Positions 41,301 through 52,843 of a stretch of 64,000 bases of DNA are shown here, one piece after another. How positions within the stretch are numbered: position 1 is the stretch's first letter; each line of letters starts with the position of its first letter. The position numbers and the translations under genes were made by a program. The notes beneath the pieces are model-generated. The model worked only from the letters and a program-made list of their open reading frames with translations, was not told where the DNA came from and searched no databases. Source of the stretch: Macrostomum lignano (Eukaryota); contig NIVC01000114.1 of the NCBI GenBank assembly GCA_002269645.1, positions 744,001 to 808,000 of the forward strand, read 5' to 3'.

Positions 41301-42028
41301 GCAGTTACATGTGTACCTACAGTTTAATTAAAAATAAATTACATGAAAATTAGAGCCGCCCTTGTCATTTTACCAAAGTGAGAACAGTGATTGTTCAATA
41401 TGCAGTTTCGATGCATTATGAAATTTGAAAAATATGGAAAACGAGGAATTGAACAAACTGCCTTTCATTTTTTTGACCAAATAACCAGCTTATTTGTTCA
41501 TTAGAGGCAGAGGCTGTGGGCCCCCTATCGCACTTTAAGCAACATTGTCACACAACCGGCAAGAGGCAATTACTGCCCATTCCGTCAACTCCCCTGAGCA
41601 GGAACACGCACACAGACGCACTCACACAGGGCCTTCGGAGTTGGCATTCAAGACCGTTAATTGCACGAGCAGAGCCAAGCCGAGATTCCAATTTAGCCCC
41701 GAATTAATTTGGCTGCACTTGGAATCAAGCCTGGGTCGCTGGCACATCAAAGCGCCGCGCTAGACCGCTACGCCCCCGTACGTACCAAATGACCTGGAAT
41801 TTGACTCACGTTGAGTTTCCATCGATGCATTCGCCTCCATTCTTGCACAGCCCAGTTTGGCAGTCATTGACATTTGTAGCACAAGAAGCGCCAGTCCATC
41901 CTGCAAAGCAGCTGCAGTTTTTGCCGCTACTTGTTCCCACACAAAGTCCATTGCTGCACGGTTTCCGAATGGAGCAGGCCTCAAATAGTTCGCATCGAAT
42001 GCCTGGAAAGTTTTCAACATCAATGTGT

Positions 42029-42064
<36 letters not shown>

Positions 42065-42645
42065 TGCTTAAGAAAATTACTGCAACGGATGAAAACGAAG
42101 TTTTTACCTGTGTAGTTGATGCTGCAGCTGCAATTAAAGAAAGGCTCTGTCTCTATGGGACTGCATAATCCGCCGTTTAAACAGACTGGCAACGAGTCGA
42201 TACCCATATCCGGTTGCAGCTTGCTGCAGTAGTCATCTGTGACGCTGCAGTTGTCTCCTGAGTAGGGCTTCGGGCAGGAGCAAACCGGCTCGCTGCTGTT
42301 GCAGATGCCACCGTTGAGGCATTCCAAAGAATCACAGGTTTCCCTGCGCTGTCGATTTAGCAAGGAAAAGTCATCGACTCCTGGGTATTTAATGAGGCGA
42401 TTGCAGCTGAAAAAATGCTACATTACTACTTAAAAGGTAAACAAACGAATTTTACTCAGTAAATAAAAAATGAGCTAAAATGAGTTTATTTCGATAAATG
42501 GATACCATCTATGCATACCATCAGGATCAAGCTGCTGTATCGTATCCTTTGCCGATCCAGCAGCCGAAAGCAGGCAGAAGCAATAACTGAAGCCAATTAC
42601 GATTGCTGATAGATTTGACAGGTAGCTCCGGTGTCGTGAAGACAT
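35349..42645 (-). CDS. Crumbs-related receptor E (signal peptide, RQRR, 5 EGF + truncated Crumbs-signature EGF, TM, ~290-aa tyrosine-motif tail), about 636 aa
   Basis: Exons 42519-42645, 42108-42380, 41810-42002, 40988-41316, 38833-38945 (TM), 38680-38733, 37501-37704, 36568-36651, 36222-36488, 35641-35742, 35349-35513; 1911 nt in frame. Tail motifs DYIDE, TYVDM, TYEAP, VYMVA, PPALPIR, TVYDTI. Confidence 0.8.
35810..36180. repeat. 24-bp minisatellite (acacaaactgagacactcacacag)
   Basis: About 15 units in an intron of gene E. Confidence 0.9.
37790..38575. repeat. 15-bp minisatellite (caccaggggctttag / caccaggggcgccag)
   Basis: About 50 units in two variant blocks, inside an intron of gene E. 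Confidence 0.92.
40061..40957. mobile_element. hAT-like non-autonomous element carrying a 23-bp minisatellite (tattatggcgccactctagtgta)
   Basis: Termini cagtggtggatttcag / ctgaatccgcctctg are inverted repeats; flanks cttggtgg / cttggttt (6 of 8 match); about 30 internal units. Confidence 0.65.
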
Positions 42646-43819
42646 TGTGCGCGGTCTGAGGTTTTGAAATTACACTACATGTAAGAAGATAAGCATGTAA
42701 GCATGTCATATAAGCTATAATAAATCGAACTAGGTTGTAAAATAAAATATATCTGCTTACCTGAGTTATCGATATGGGATGGATACTAGACTTATTTAGA
42801 AACTCTACAGAAAAATGTGTAGATATCTGTAACAAGGATTCTTGGACCGGCTCAACACTAAAAAAGCTTTATTATACTGGATTCCTTGGGGTGAGGCACA
42901 AATTAAATAGAAGCGCATATCCGGCAGTCTATTCGCTTCTATTTGTCATGCAATAGAGAGATATATAGAGCATATATATTTAGATGCATACACACAGAAA
43001 GAGAACTCTCTGAGCCAGTATGAAAACAACAAAAACACAAGAAAAAATCTCTTACCCCCGCTGCACCTACGCGACAATGCTCATAGATGAGCATGGTTGA
43101 GAAGAAACACGACTTATTTAGCATCTTTCTAGCTTACTGTCTTTCCCTTATCTCTCGTGTTCATTTATCACTACAGCCTTAAATATAATTACGGATTCTA
43201 TTTGAACAATGAACCCTTAGATGCGTTCATATTGGGTCGAAAAGACTTCTATAGAGTAGATAATACATATGACTAATGTACAGTTAGATAAACTAGCTTT
43301 TGCCAGTCAGTCTTAGGGTTTGGCATGCTTTTGTTTTCAGCACGGTCCTTGTTAGACCGAACTATACCCTTTTGACACTGAGCCCAAAGTGGATCTTCAG
43401 TTTTTTTGTAAAAAAAATTCGAAAATGCAACCGCGAGTAACGAGTACTTAAGCGAAAAAATACGTACCCTAGCTTAGGGCATCTTAAGACCTAATATTAA
43501 AGATTAAGCAACGTCCAAAACATGAATAGTTCTACCTGGTAGAGATAAAGAGCTATACTTTATTTACTCTCTAGATAATTTATTTGCTTATTTTATCAAC
43601 TCGTTGATTCAGACTTGCAGTTTTACAAATATATACATTGCTTATGGGGCACCCTGGCGTAACGTGTTCGACGACATCGTCCTTATGCCAGTGGCGAGAA
43701 AATTCTCCGCATTCCGCCGACTCCTGGGCATACGGCCATGACGGTTGAGAACTTGCACCAAAGTTCAGGGAGTTTCAGCATTCAGGGATGGGATTCCATC
43801 TCTCTTTTCACTTTGTATC

Positions 43820-45910
43820 TTACTTAGCTGCAGGGGGCTCCGTGCGTCCGGAAACAGCGAGGAGGCGTTGCCGCCCATTTCGCTAACCCCTGGCGACCAC
43901 GGGCAGCTGGTGCTGTGGTGCCGCGCAGGGAGTTCCGGTAGTGCCGGTGTTATGGTTTAGGATCTCCGGGGGTCCGGTCAGTTTAGGGTGTCCGGGGCGG
44001 AGACCCCAAACGGTTTAGGATCTCCGCCCGGAGACCCTAAACCGTCCAGGATCTCCCCTGGAGACTTCTAACGGTTATGGGTCTCCGGGGTAGGAGATCT
44101 GAAACCGTTTAAGGGTCTCCGGGGCATTTTCAGGTCTCCGCACCCGGAGATCTTAAACCAGTTTCTGATCTCCCCATAGGAGACTCTAAACCAGTTTCAG
44201 CTCTCCGTCAGGGCCGCAAAAACAAAGTCTTGGTTTAGGATCTCCGGTTTCCGATCTCCCCCCATTTGTGTAAAACCAATGGTCATGGTATTGAACGCGT
44301 ACATGTATAAGAAGTGGAAAGGCATTTTTATCATCAACGTAGCATTAGTTTTATATATATATGCTCGCACAACTGTGTATTTAAATGGAAAACTGTTTAC
44401 TGTTAAAGTAATGAAGTAAATGTCCGCTTAGTGAAAAACCGGTGATGCACTTTCAGCCCGGTGCTTGGAGGAAGCATCTCTTGAGGTGTTTCCTATTGAC
44501 ACACATGGTTAGTCCTCCTAGCCTGTACACGTTTTGACCAAGACACCTGGTCACGATGTAGACTTGCTGACTCCAAGTGTATCGCATCTTACCACCCTTC
44601 CGATCGTCCCTGCGAAGATTGCGAAGCCTAACTCTGTCCCCTCGCTTCAGATCCTGAACCCCAGCTGCTCCCACGGTGTGACCAGCTCGCACCTGCCACA
44701 AGACTCGACCACTGCCATGGCAATCGGTGTGACGGGAATGTCAGCATAGTATCGTGCAGTAAAAAGGCTCACTGTGCTGTTGACACCCACGTGACTTCCT
44801 TTCGAGTGAAGGCTGCGGATCTTATCCCGTACCTCTTCCTCTGTGAAAAGTACTCTGCGATGGTCTTCAGGCCGCATTCGCTGACTGTCGTCCTTATTAG
44901 TCACCCTGTAGTAAAGCGCTCCGTCATGGATGGAGAAACGCTTGCTCTTTTCTCTAATACGTCTTTTTAAGTTGGCCTTATCTTTGGCGTCCAATCTGGC
45001 TGGTACCTGCGTATATTCATTGTTTAGGACGTAGAAAATATTTGATTGAGCGAAGCCATCAAGCTTTGAAATGCAGAAATCGACGAAAATCACACAGCAC
45101 AAACCTTTCTTATCATCTGCCCAATATAAATGTTTACAGCGCTTCCCGCCACCCATAAAATATGAGTATAAAGCTGATCTCCAAAATGTGCAAAGCCTAT
45201 TGAAAGTTACGCAAGACTGCTCACACTTTGGGGTGCCAATCTCGATGTACATAGAAGTAGCTATAATTTTCATATAGAAAAGAACCGCGGAGATCCTAAC
45301 ACGGCGGAGACCTGTAACTCTATCTTATGTTATGGTTTCCGATCTCCGTGTGGGCGATCTTAAAATGACACAATTTTCAGTTTGTGATCTCCGGGCCGGA
45401 GACCCTAAAACGCGGAGATCATAAACTCTAACACCGGTGTCCCCAGCGCGGTCCCCCCGGAGAGCCCAGTGGATTGTCGCTCGCCCGGTAGCCCTTAGGT
45501 AGCGGTCGAGCTGGCAGAGATTCTCGGGCCTGAAAACGTCGGAGAGGTCCTGGTTTGGGCCAAGGTAGGTGAGCCTGTCCTGAGTAAAGGCGGGGCATTC
45601 ACAGATGAAGTGCTCCGCATTTTCGACACCGGAGAGGCAGAATGGGCATTCCTCACTGCGGATTTTCCCCTGGAGGTGACGATGCCTGGCAAAACAGCCA
45701 TGACCCGAGAGGGCCTGGTTACCGCCCTGATGTCCCTGCGGTTGAGTCCAAGCAGGGCCCTGCGCAGGGCGGAGGAAGGACAGGGGACAGCCGCGCGAGA
45801 TTGCCGGCAGTCGGGGGCGTTAGCCCACCTCTCCCTGTGCTTAGAAGCCACCCACTGGTTGATCCGAGTGGTATTGCCTAGGTGTAAGTAAGTAACTCCG
45901 ATGCTCAAAA
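43820..45910 (-). mobile_element. 5'-truncated LINE (I/R1/Loa-like C-terminal CCHC region and 3' UTR), split by a Ginger-type insertion
   Basis: [42 protein letters not shown] at about 45570-45720 with one frameshift. The 3' UTR continues at 43820-43947 beyond the inserted element. Confidence 0.8.
43948..45433 (-). mobile_element. Internally deleted Ginger-type DNA transposon (Gypsy-integrase-like transposase lacking its DDE core)
   Basis: TIRs tgttatggtttaggatctccg / cggagatcataaactctaaca (18 of 21 match), TGT...ACA ends, perfect CCGG TSD (43944-43947, 45434-45437), many subterminal gatctccg/cggagac repeats. ORF pieces give an HHCC zinc domain (LHSKGSHVG..CGRC) and a C-terminal GDRVRLRN..GGKMRYTW..VYRL..VNRKHLK domain. 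Confidence 0.82.
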
Positions 45911-46046
45911 TTCACAGGGTTTAGCGGAGCAGCAGAAATTTTTTCACAATCTGCACCTAAGATCACCTAGGCAGACAGTTCAGGTTAAGTAGAAAGTGTT
46001 TAGTATAAGCATTATTTTTTACTTAATGTTGATGTACACTTGGTAC

Positions 46047-46549
46047 CAGGGGTGTCGCCACTGAGAGGAGCTAAAATGAAGGACCTGTGGCAGTAAAATG
46101 AGTGTATGCAACGCTCAAAAAAGAGTGTCTGCGGTGCCAAGATGAGTGTCTGCGGTGCCAAGATGAGTGTCTGCGGTGCCAAGATGAGTGTCTGCGGTGC
46201 CAAGATGAGTGTCTGCGGTGCCAAGATGAGTGTCTGCGGTGCCAAGATGAGTATCTGCGGTGCCAAGATGAGTGTCTGCAGTGCCAAGATGAGTGTCTGC
46301 GGTACCAAGATGAGTGTCTGCGGTACCAAGATGAGTGTCTGCGGTACCAAGATGAGTGTCTGCGGTACCAAGATGAGTGTCTGCGGCGCCAAGATGAGTG
46401 TCTGCGGCGCTAAAATGAGTGCCTACGACGCCGAGAAATCAGTACTAGCAAAATACCAATTTCCTAAACAATTTAGGACTTATTTGTTCGGGAATTTCGC
46501 TTTGCCCCCCGCCCCTCGCCAAACCATAAAATCCGTGGCGACAGATCTG
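46047..46549. mobile_element. hAT-like non-autonomous element carrying a 21-bp minisatellite (gatgagtgtctgcggtgccaa)
   Basis: Termini caggggtgtcgccac / gtggcgacagatctg; flanks cttggtac / cttgatgc (6 of 8 match); about 14 internal units. Confidence 0.6.
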
Positions 46550-48301
46550 CTTGATGCTCAACTGTGAGATACGTGTAGTAGACAGAAGGCATCAGTGGAT
46601 TAAAAAGTGCACACAGGAACTGAGAAAGTACTAAAAAGAAATAATTAAATAACTTATTAGTTTCACTTTTTACTTTGTATCACTATTTGATAAGAAAAAC
46701 AAACAATTAAAACAAACTGCAGCCCAAAACAAGTAAAATTCGTATTAATAGTGAAACAAATTATTGTTTTTATATTAAAACTCACAGCAGCAGTCATTCC
46801 TGGTTAATGTATTCACTGAGATAAATTCCTTTGTTTCATAATATATGAGACATGGCCGTGTCTTCGGAGGAGACAACTCCATCTTTTGATTTTGACTTTT
46901 AATCATCTTCTCTGTCACGAAGTAACAAGTTGTGAGTATATAATCATATAGCTGACCGAAAGCCACGTAATTTCATGTAAGCTGAAGAAACAATATATAA
47001 TACCGATATTAGATTCTTGCAATCAAAAAGGAATATTTTACAAATCAATACTGCAGATACTATACAAACATCTACGTCTTTTACTAACAAAAAGTTTCAA
47101 ACTGAAGACTATAAACAATTTGAATAAACGCGTTGTGATTTCATATTCCATGTTTTATTGAGACGCCAACAACACTGCACCGTAGCAGAGACACTCATTA
47201 TGCGTAGAAAAAAAACATTTTTATGCTTTCGTACGGACTTTAAAGATAGCAAAAACAGCCTCTCAAACAATTTCATGTATCATCCGGGGCGCAAACACTT
47301 GTTTACAATTATCTTAAATCTGTGTTTTAAATCATTTAGCTATTTAAAATTAGCTAAATTTAGCTCACTTAACCTTAAAATTAATTTGCTAGATGAGTTC
47401 AGATTTCAACAGAAAATTTCTTGCTGAAAAGCCAAGCTGGAGCACCTCTTCAGCAGCCTCAACGCCATTCCTGCATTACGAACAAGCAACACTGTGCCAG
47501 AATGTCGTAATTAAAGGAACTGATTTTCGCACTCCTGTGCCTTCGTGCCAAAGTGCTGTACAGGTGCACGCTCATAAACAGCGCTTGAACGTCAAGAGGA
47601 ATTCGAAACAAGTAATTTATAGAAAAAAAAACGATTTTAGAAGCCGCTAATTCTTAATGACATAATGAAAGCTTAGATTTCCTCAGGTTTAAAATGGGCG
47701 CGAGAGTTAATAGTGCAGGAAATGAGTTCTACTCTATATTACATGAATACTCAGAAAAAACGATGATTAACTAATAAAATACGCTGGATTCCAGATGCTC
47801 GAACATAGAACTTGCTTTGAATTTCACAAAAAAGCAATTAATGCACCAGGACCCCACGTACTTATCTTTGTTACATTTAAATATAACTGAGTGAAACTTG
47901 CTTGCAGAAAAGAATGTAGCATGAATAGCACAAAATGAGACGCTTGTTAGCTAATAAAAAGCGCAAAATGAATAATGGTGGAACTTTAAGATGAGAAAGT
48001 AATGTTTGCCGCAATCAAATCCGAACCATCTAGGTATTAGATAACGTTCGGTGAAAATTAATGTGCATAAGAAGCAAAATTAAATAGAAATATTAGAGCA
48101 CCGAGCACTAGCAAAGACTGCTTAAAAAATAATATTCCACTCACTGGATATGCGTCACATATAGGTAAATACGGAATTAATCGTGTTAAAACAACGAAAC
48201 TATTATATTGTAGCTCGCACGAGCGTACCGATATCATAAATTATATTGTATTACAGTGTGATATTAAATATTTGAAATAGTCGAAATTTTTAGCAGTTTT
48301 T

Positions 48302-51300
48302 TTAGAAACGAGCGATTTTACTTGAATCGACTCTGGCCGGTAAATCTATTTTTGCTGCTTGCGGTTGCTGCTGTCCACCAGAAGAATCCGGCAAACTGGT
48401 CGGGTGATTATCGAGCTCATCATAGACATTTCCGGGGTCTTCCAGATTAGCGGCTGACTCTTCAGCGGTCTGAAAAAATACAATTATTATATGTATGTAC
48501 GATACCTGTGTAGAAATAATCTGATTATATAATAAACTCCCATACTGCTGGTTGTAAACCGGAAGTTGCGGGATCATCAAAAGCCCGAAGAAATTTTCTA
48601 TATGGTCAGTGCGTTATCGGGCCCTGAATAATGACTGCATCAGCATCTGGCTCTGGGCTGGCAAAACTGCGCAACAAAAACTGTAAACGTTGGCATAAGC
48701 GCGTAGCAAAAGTAGCAAATATTCAAAATTGTCAAAATTGTAAATCGGCACTTTGAACATCAGTCACGCGATTTGATGGCTTATTTGATGGCGGTGTGAA
48801 CAATAGCTATGAGAATTTGTGACTTTGGATGTTATACTGCAGGGCTCGGCAAAATCCGGCCCGCGGGCCACACACATGTGGCCCCTTCTATCCTCTCCTA
48901 TTCTCTTTCCTTTCTTCTCGCATTTCATCAATTCTCTTCTCTCTCCTCTCTCCTCTCACCTATCCTCTCTTCTCTCTTCTCGCCTATCATCTATACTCTC
49001 CTCTCTACTCTCTCCTCTCTCCCCTCCTCTCCTCTTTCCGCTCTCCAGTCTCCCCTCTCCTCTCCTCTCTCCTCTCTCCTCTCTCCTCTCTCCTCTTTAC
49101 TCTCTCTTATCTCCTCTCCTCTCTCTTATCCTCCTATCTGGCCCTAAGATAAAAATGTTTGTCGACTCCTGTTTTGCACGAACAAATCCTGCTCTCATCT
49201 CAGTCGGACACTAGATACCACTGGTTTATAAAAGCAGTAGACATTACCCATGAACCTTTTGCACAAATTTTCACTTCGTATTATGATAAAATGTAAATAC
49301 AGGTAAAAATAAAAAATCGAGACGATTGAAAGCTACTAAAGTTACCATATTGACTTGTCCTTAACTTCATTTCTAACATAATTAAGATCTTACCAACAGC
49401 TGATTCTGAGTTCTCATTGCGTGCCGCTCTGGAAGAGGGGGCGGCACGCTTGACTGCTGCCGCTGCTGCTGCTTCTGCGGTTTCTGCAGGTGCCTCGGCT
49501 TCGGGTTCGGTTTTGGCTTTGAACCACCACTGGTTGGCGGCTTAGATGGGGGCTGATCCGGTGGCTGAGTTGCCTGACTCGATGACTGGTCAAGCGGATT
49601 GTCCGGACAGGCGTAGAATTCGTCCAACTCAACGGGCTGCAGAAGTGAGTTCAAGAAACGATTGTAATTAATCACTAATTTGTTAGAATTTGTTCTATTT
49701 TGAAAATTAAATCAAAGCTAGATCTATTGGGCTGATATTTTGATTTCTTTTCAGCTGTTAAAACGAATTTTATTGTAAATGACGCAAGTTTCTCAATGGT
49801 ATTATGGATTTTACTGACGATATAGATGGCAAAGCAAGACAAAAACAATTTCTATAAGCGCAAATATGAAATATTTATCGTCAATTTGATGTTTTTTTAA
49901 TCATTTTTCTAAAAGCGTAAAAAAAGTTTTTCTCGAGGGGGGGCTCTCAGCTCTACGGTACTAAAAGTAGTCTGATGCGAACTTGAATTTTATGAAACTC
50001 AACTTCAAACTGTACTTCATAAAAATTGAATTTTATGAAGTACAAAATCACAATTTTTCATTGAAAAAATCTAATCATAATTCATTGTAAAGCGGAAATA
50101 AGAATATTTACCGACTACCACCCACTGTACGCCCCACTTAGTTGTCCCACAGGGTATGAGACGAAAAAAATTTGCTGAACGAGAAAAAATCGACATCATT
50201 ATTTTTCTACTTACGTTAGAAGCAGTTGTGTTTTCTGACAGCTGCTGCTCTGCAACTGGTTCCGGAGTCTGGTGTGCATCCGGTGCAACGTAAACGTCAT
50301 CAGCTGATTCACCACCATCGGCAACTAGGTCTGAATCCGGTGTCTGATTTGCATCCGGTGCGCAGTAGAAATCATCACCTGAGTTGCCGCCAAAATCCGC
50401 TGCTTGGTTTTCTTCCTGCAGTTTTTTTTAAATTAATTGACCAAGTGTAGAGAAAAGCGGAGATTAAAATTCAAGCGTTGAGTATTGATAGGTGAGTGAT
50501 TCTTTTGATGAAGACACAGCTATAGTAGAACCATGGACTCTAAAACTATATATGATACGCTCATACTCCTAAAAATATATTTAAAAGATTTGTTCAGCCC
50601 AAGAGTCGAATAGTTCATACGAGGTTCAGAAGCTTTAACAGTCAATCAAGTCTGATGTACATGAGAATATCAAACATTTATAACTGGATGTTCATTAAAC
50701 CCGCTTAGGATGGCTATAAACAGCTATTTCCCTAGAGCCTTAAAAACAAATGCAGAATTTACCTGATCTTCTCCAGTTGCATTCGGATCAGCTTCCTCAA
50801 CCGTATTTTTGAGGCCAGAAGTGCCAGCCTGAGAGGCTGACTGACCGGCTGCAGCTGGGGTTGTCTTCAATAGCTTGCGTAGCTTGGAGCTGGTCTTGCT
50901 TATTAAGCTCATTTTAGCGCTCGATTTAGGATTTTCCTCTTTGGATCGCTTTTTTGATTTATTGTCTTCTTTGTCATCTGCTGCCGCTTGCTGCTCATGC
51001 TGCTCAGTAGATTGGTCTATGTCATTCGGAACAATGTACACTCCACCAGACAGATCATCGGATGCATGAGGTGTTTCTTGAACTTCATTTCGGACAGGTG
51101 TCTCCTGAACAGTAACACGCAGGTATCATTATAAAATCTCAAACTCCTTTCCCGAGGATAACACTTAAAAGTCTGTTTTTTATCTGCATGAAACGCAACC
51201 AGCTTTACCTACTCGTAACTTGCAGACAATGTCCTAAGCCAATTATTTAAAGCAATAGGCATTGACATTGACTAACATTTCACTTTCTTTTCCAAAAAAC

Positions 51301-52843
51301 TGTCACAGTGAGGTTTAAAGCAGCCTTTCTGAAAGACTATAGCGCAAGCAGTGTGTAACAGGTGTTCTAATCCTGCTGCTGTAAGGGCATGAGTGAGTTT
51401 TCAGTCTTTGTTCAGTAAATAATAGTTCACTTTTTTGTTCGCGAATTAATATCTTCCGCTGTCACGCAGGCCAGACTCACTTACCTCGGGCTAAACACAC
51501 CAATTACCGAATCGAGCAAACTCGAATATATAAACCAGCTCATGCGAAACTGGGGGGACCTCCCTGGACGGCGCCAACACTCTATCCTTCCGGAATGGGC
51601 GCCCGGGCCTTTCCGCTGTGTCCCACTTGGAGCTGTCCTGCAGCTAAGTCAAGATAAGTTCCTAGTTTATAGAATCAAAATATACATTAATTGATAGTTA
51701 AACTTGCTTTTTAAAAAAATATTTTAATGTCAAAATTAATCCGTAGCTACTTATTTCAGAGGTGATACACGCATGGGCACTATCACAGATCGGAGTTGAA
51801 CACACCCAGTAAGACGCACTTTTAGGGTAGAGTCAATTACCACAGTTAGATATATGAACCCGATATAATCTGCAAGCATCTTCGAGACAAAAATAAAACA
51901 AAGATAAAAATAACTTACATGAACCGATTCGATTTGCTGCTCAGCAACAACAACGGAGCTCGCATTAGTGCCGCTCATGTCACCCAATTCTTCATCGCCG
52001 GTATTAATTCCTGCGTTTAAATATGCAGTCGCGTCAATATAATGATGTCCATCATTCAGAGCCGACTCGGTACTATCTGGCCTTTTGTTTCGTTCGGCAA
52101 CGTCAGGCTGCCGACATATCAGTTTGCCCTAAAAGTGTTAATTTCGGTTTGCCATATTTTAGTAAGATTTTTATTAAAGGGACTGCCATATTTTGTAAAC
52201 AAATAATATATACAATGGTACCTTTCTAAGCAGCACGACGAATAGAACGACAAGTGCGATTAAGATAATCCAGCCCAGTAATCCGACAATTCCAACTGCG
52301 ATAGCTACGTCTTTTAAATTTTGTCCGCCTGGAACTTTAAATTTTTTCAACTTTGTTAGAAAAAATAATAAGAAAAATAGTTATTATTTAACCACGTAGC
52401 AAAGCATGTCTACTGAACAATTCTTTGCGTAATTAATAACTGACTTATGGAAGCTAGAGTTAAAAAAGCAATTACGAGAATTGATACCCATCACAGGCAA
52501 CACTTCAGTGTGGTCATCAGTGATGTTGCACGCGTCCCCAGAGTAAGGCCATGGGCAGGAACAGAACGAGTCGTTACCAGTGTCGTTGCAGACTTCACCA
52601 TTGATGCACTCGAAACTGCCGCAGGGCGTTGTACTCGGTTTCGAATCTAAATAGATAATAAAGGCATAAACTTCGGCTAGTCAATGTCTCCAATTCAAAG
52701 CTTACGACCTAAAATTTACACAGATTAAATCTAGATAGACTAGCTTTGTACTAACCAGCATGTTGCCCAACAACAGAAGCCGCTGCTATAATCAACAACA
52801 GACAAAGAAACTCTTGATTGTTCGCTGGTAGAAGTTGCCTCAT
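48302..52843 (-). CDS. Single-EGF transmembrane adaptor-like protein D with a ~390-aa YxxP/PxxPxR tail, about 507 aa
   Basis: Exons 52756-52843 (signal peptide), 52488-52646 (EGF), 52222-52334 (TM), 51919-52128, 50763-51104, 50215-50415, 49394-49636, 48302-48469; 1524 nt in frame. Tail motifs HYID, VYIVP, FYCAP, VYVAP, FYACP, PPPLPER, NVYDEL. Confidence 0.8.
48840..49171. mobile_element. hAT-like MITE with a CT-rich interior
   Basis: cagggctcggcaaa...cggcccgcgggcc start and tttgtcgactcctg end (11 of 14 inverted match); no TSD recognised. Confidence 0.5.
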
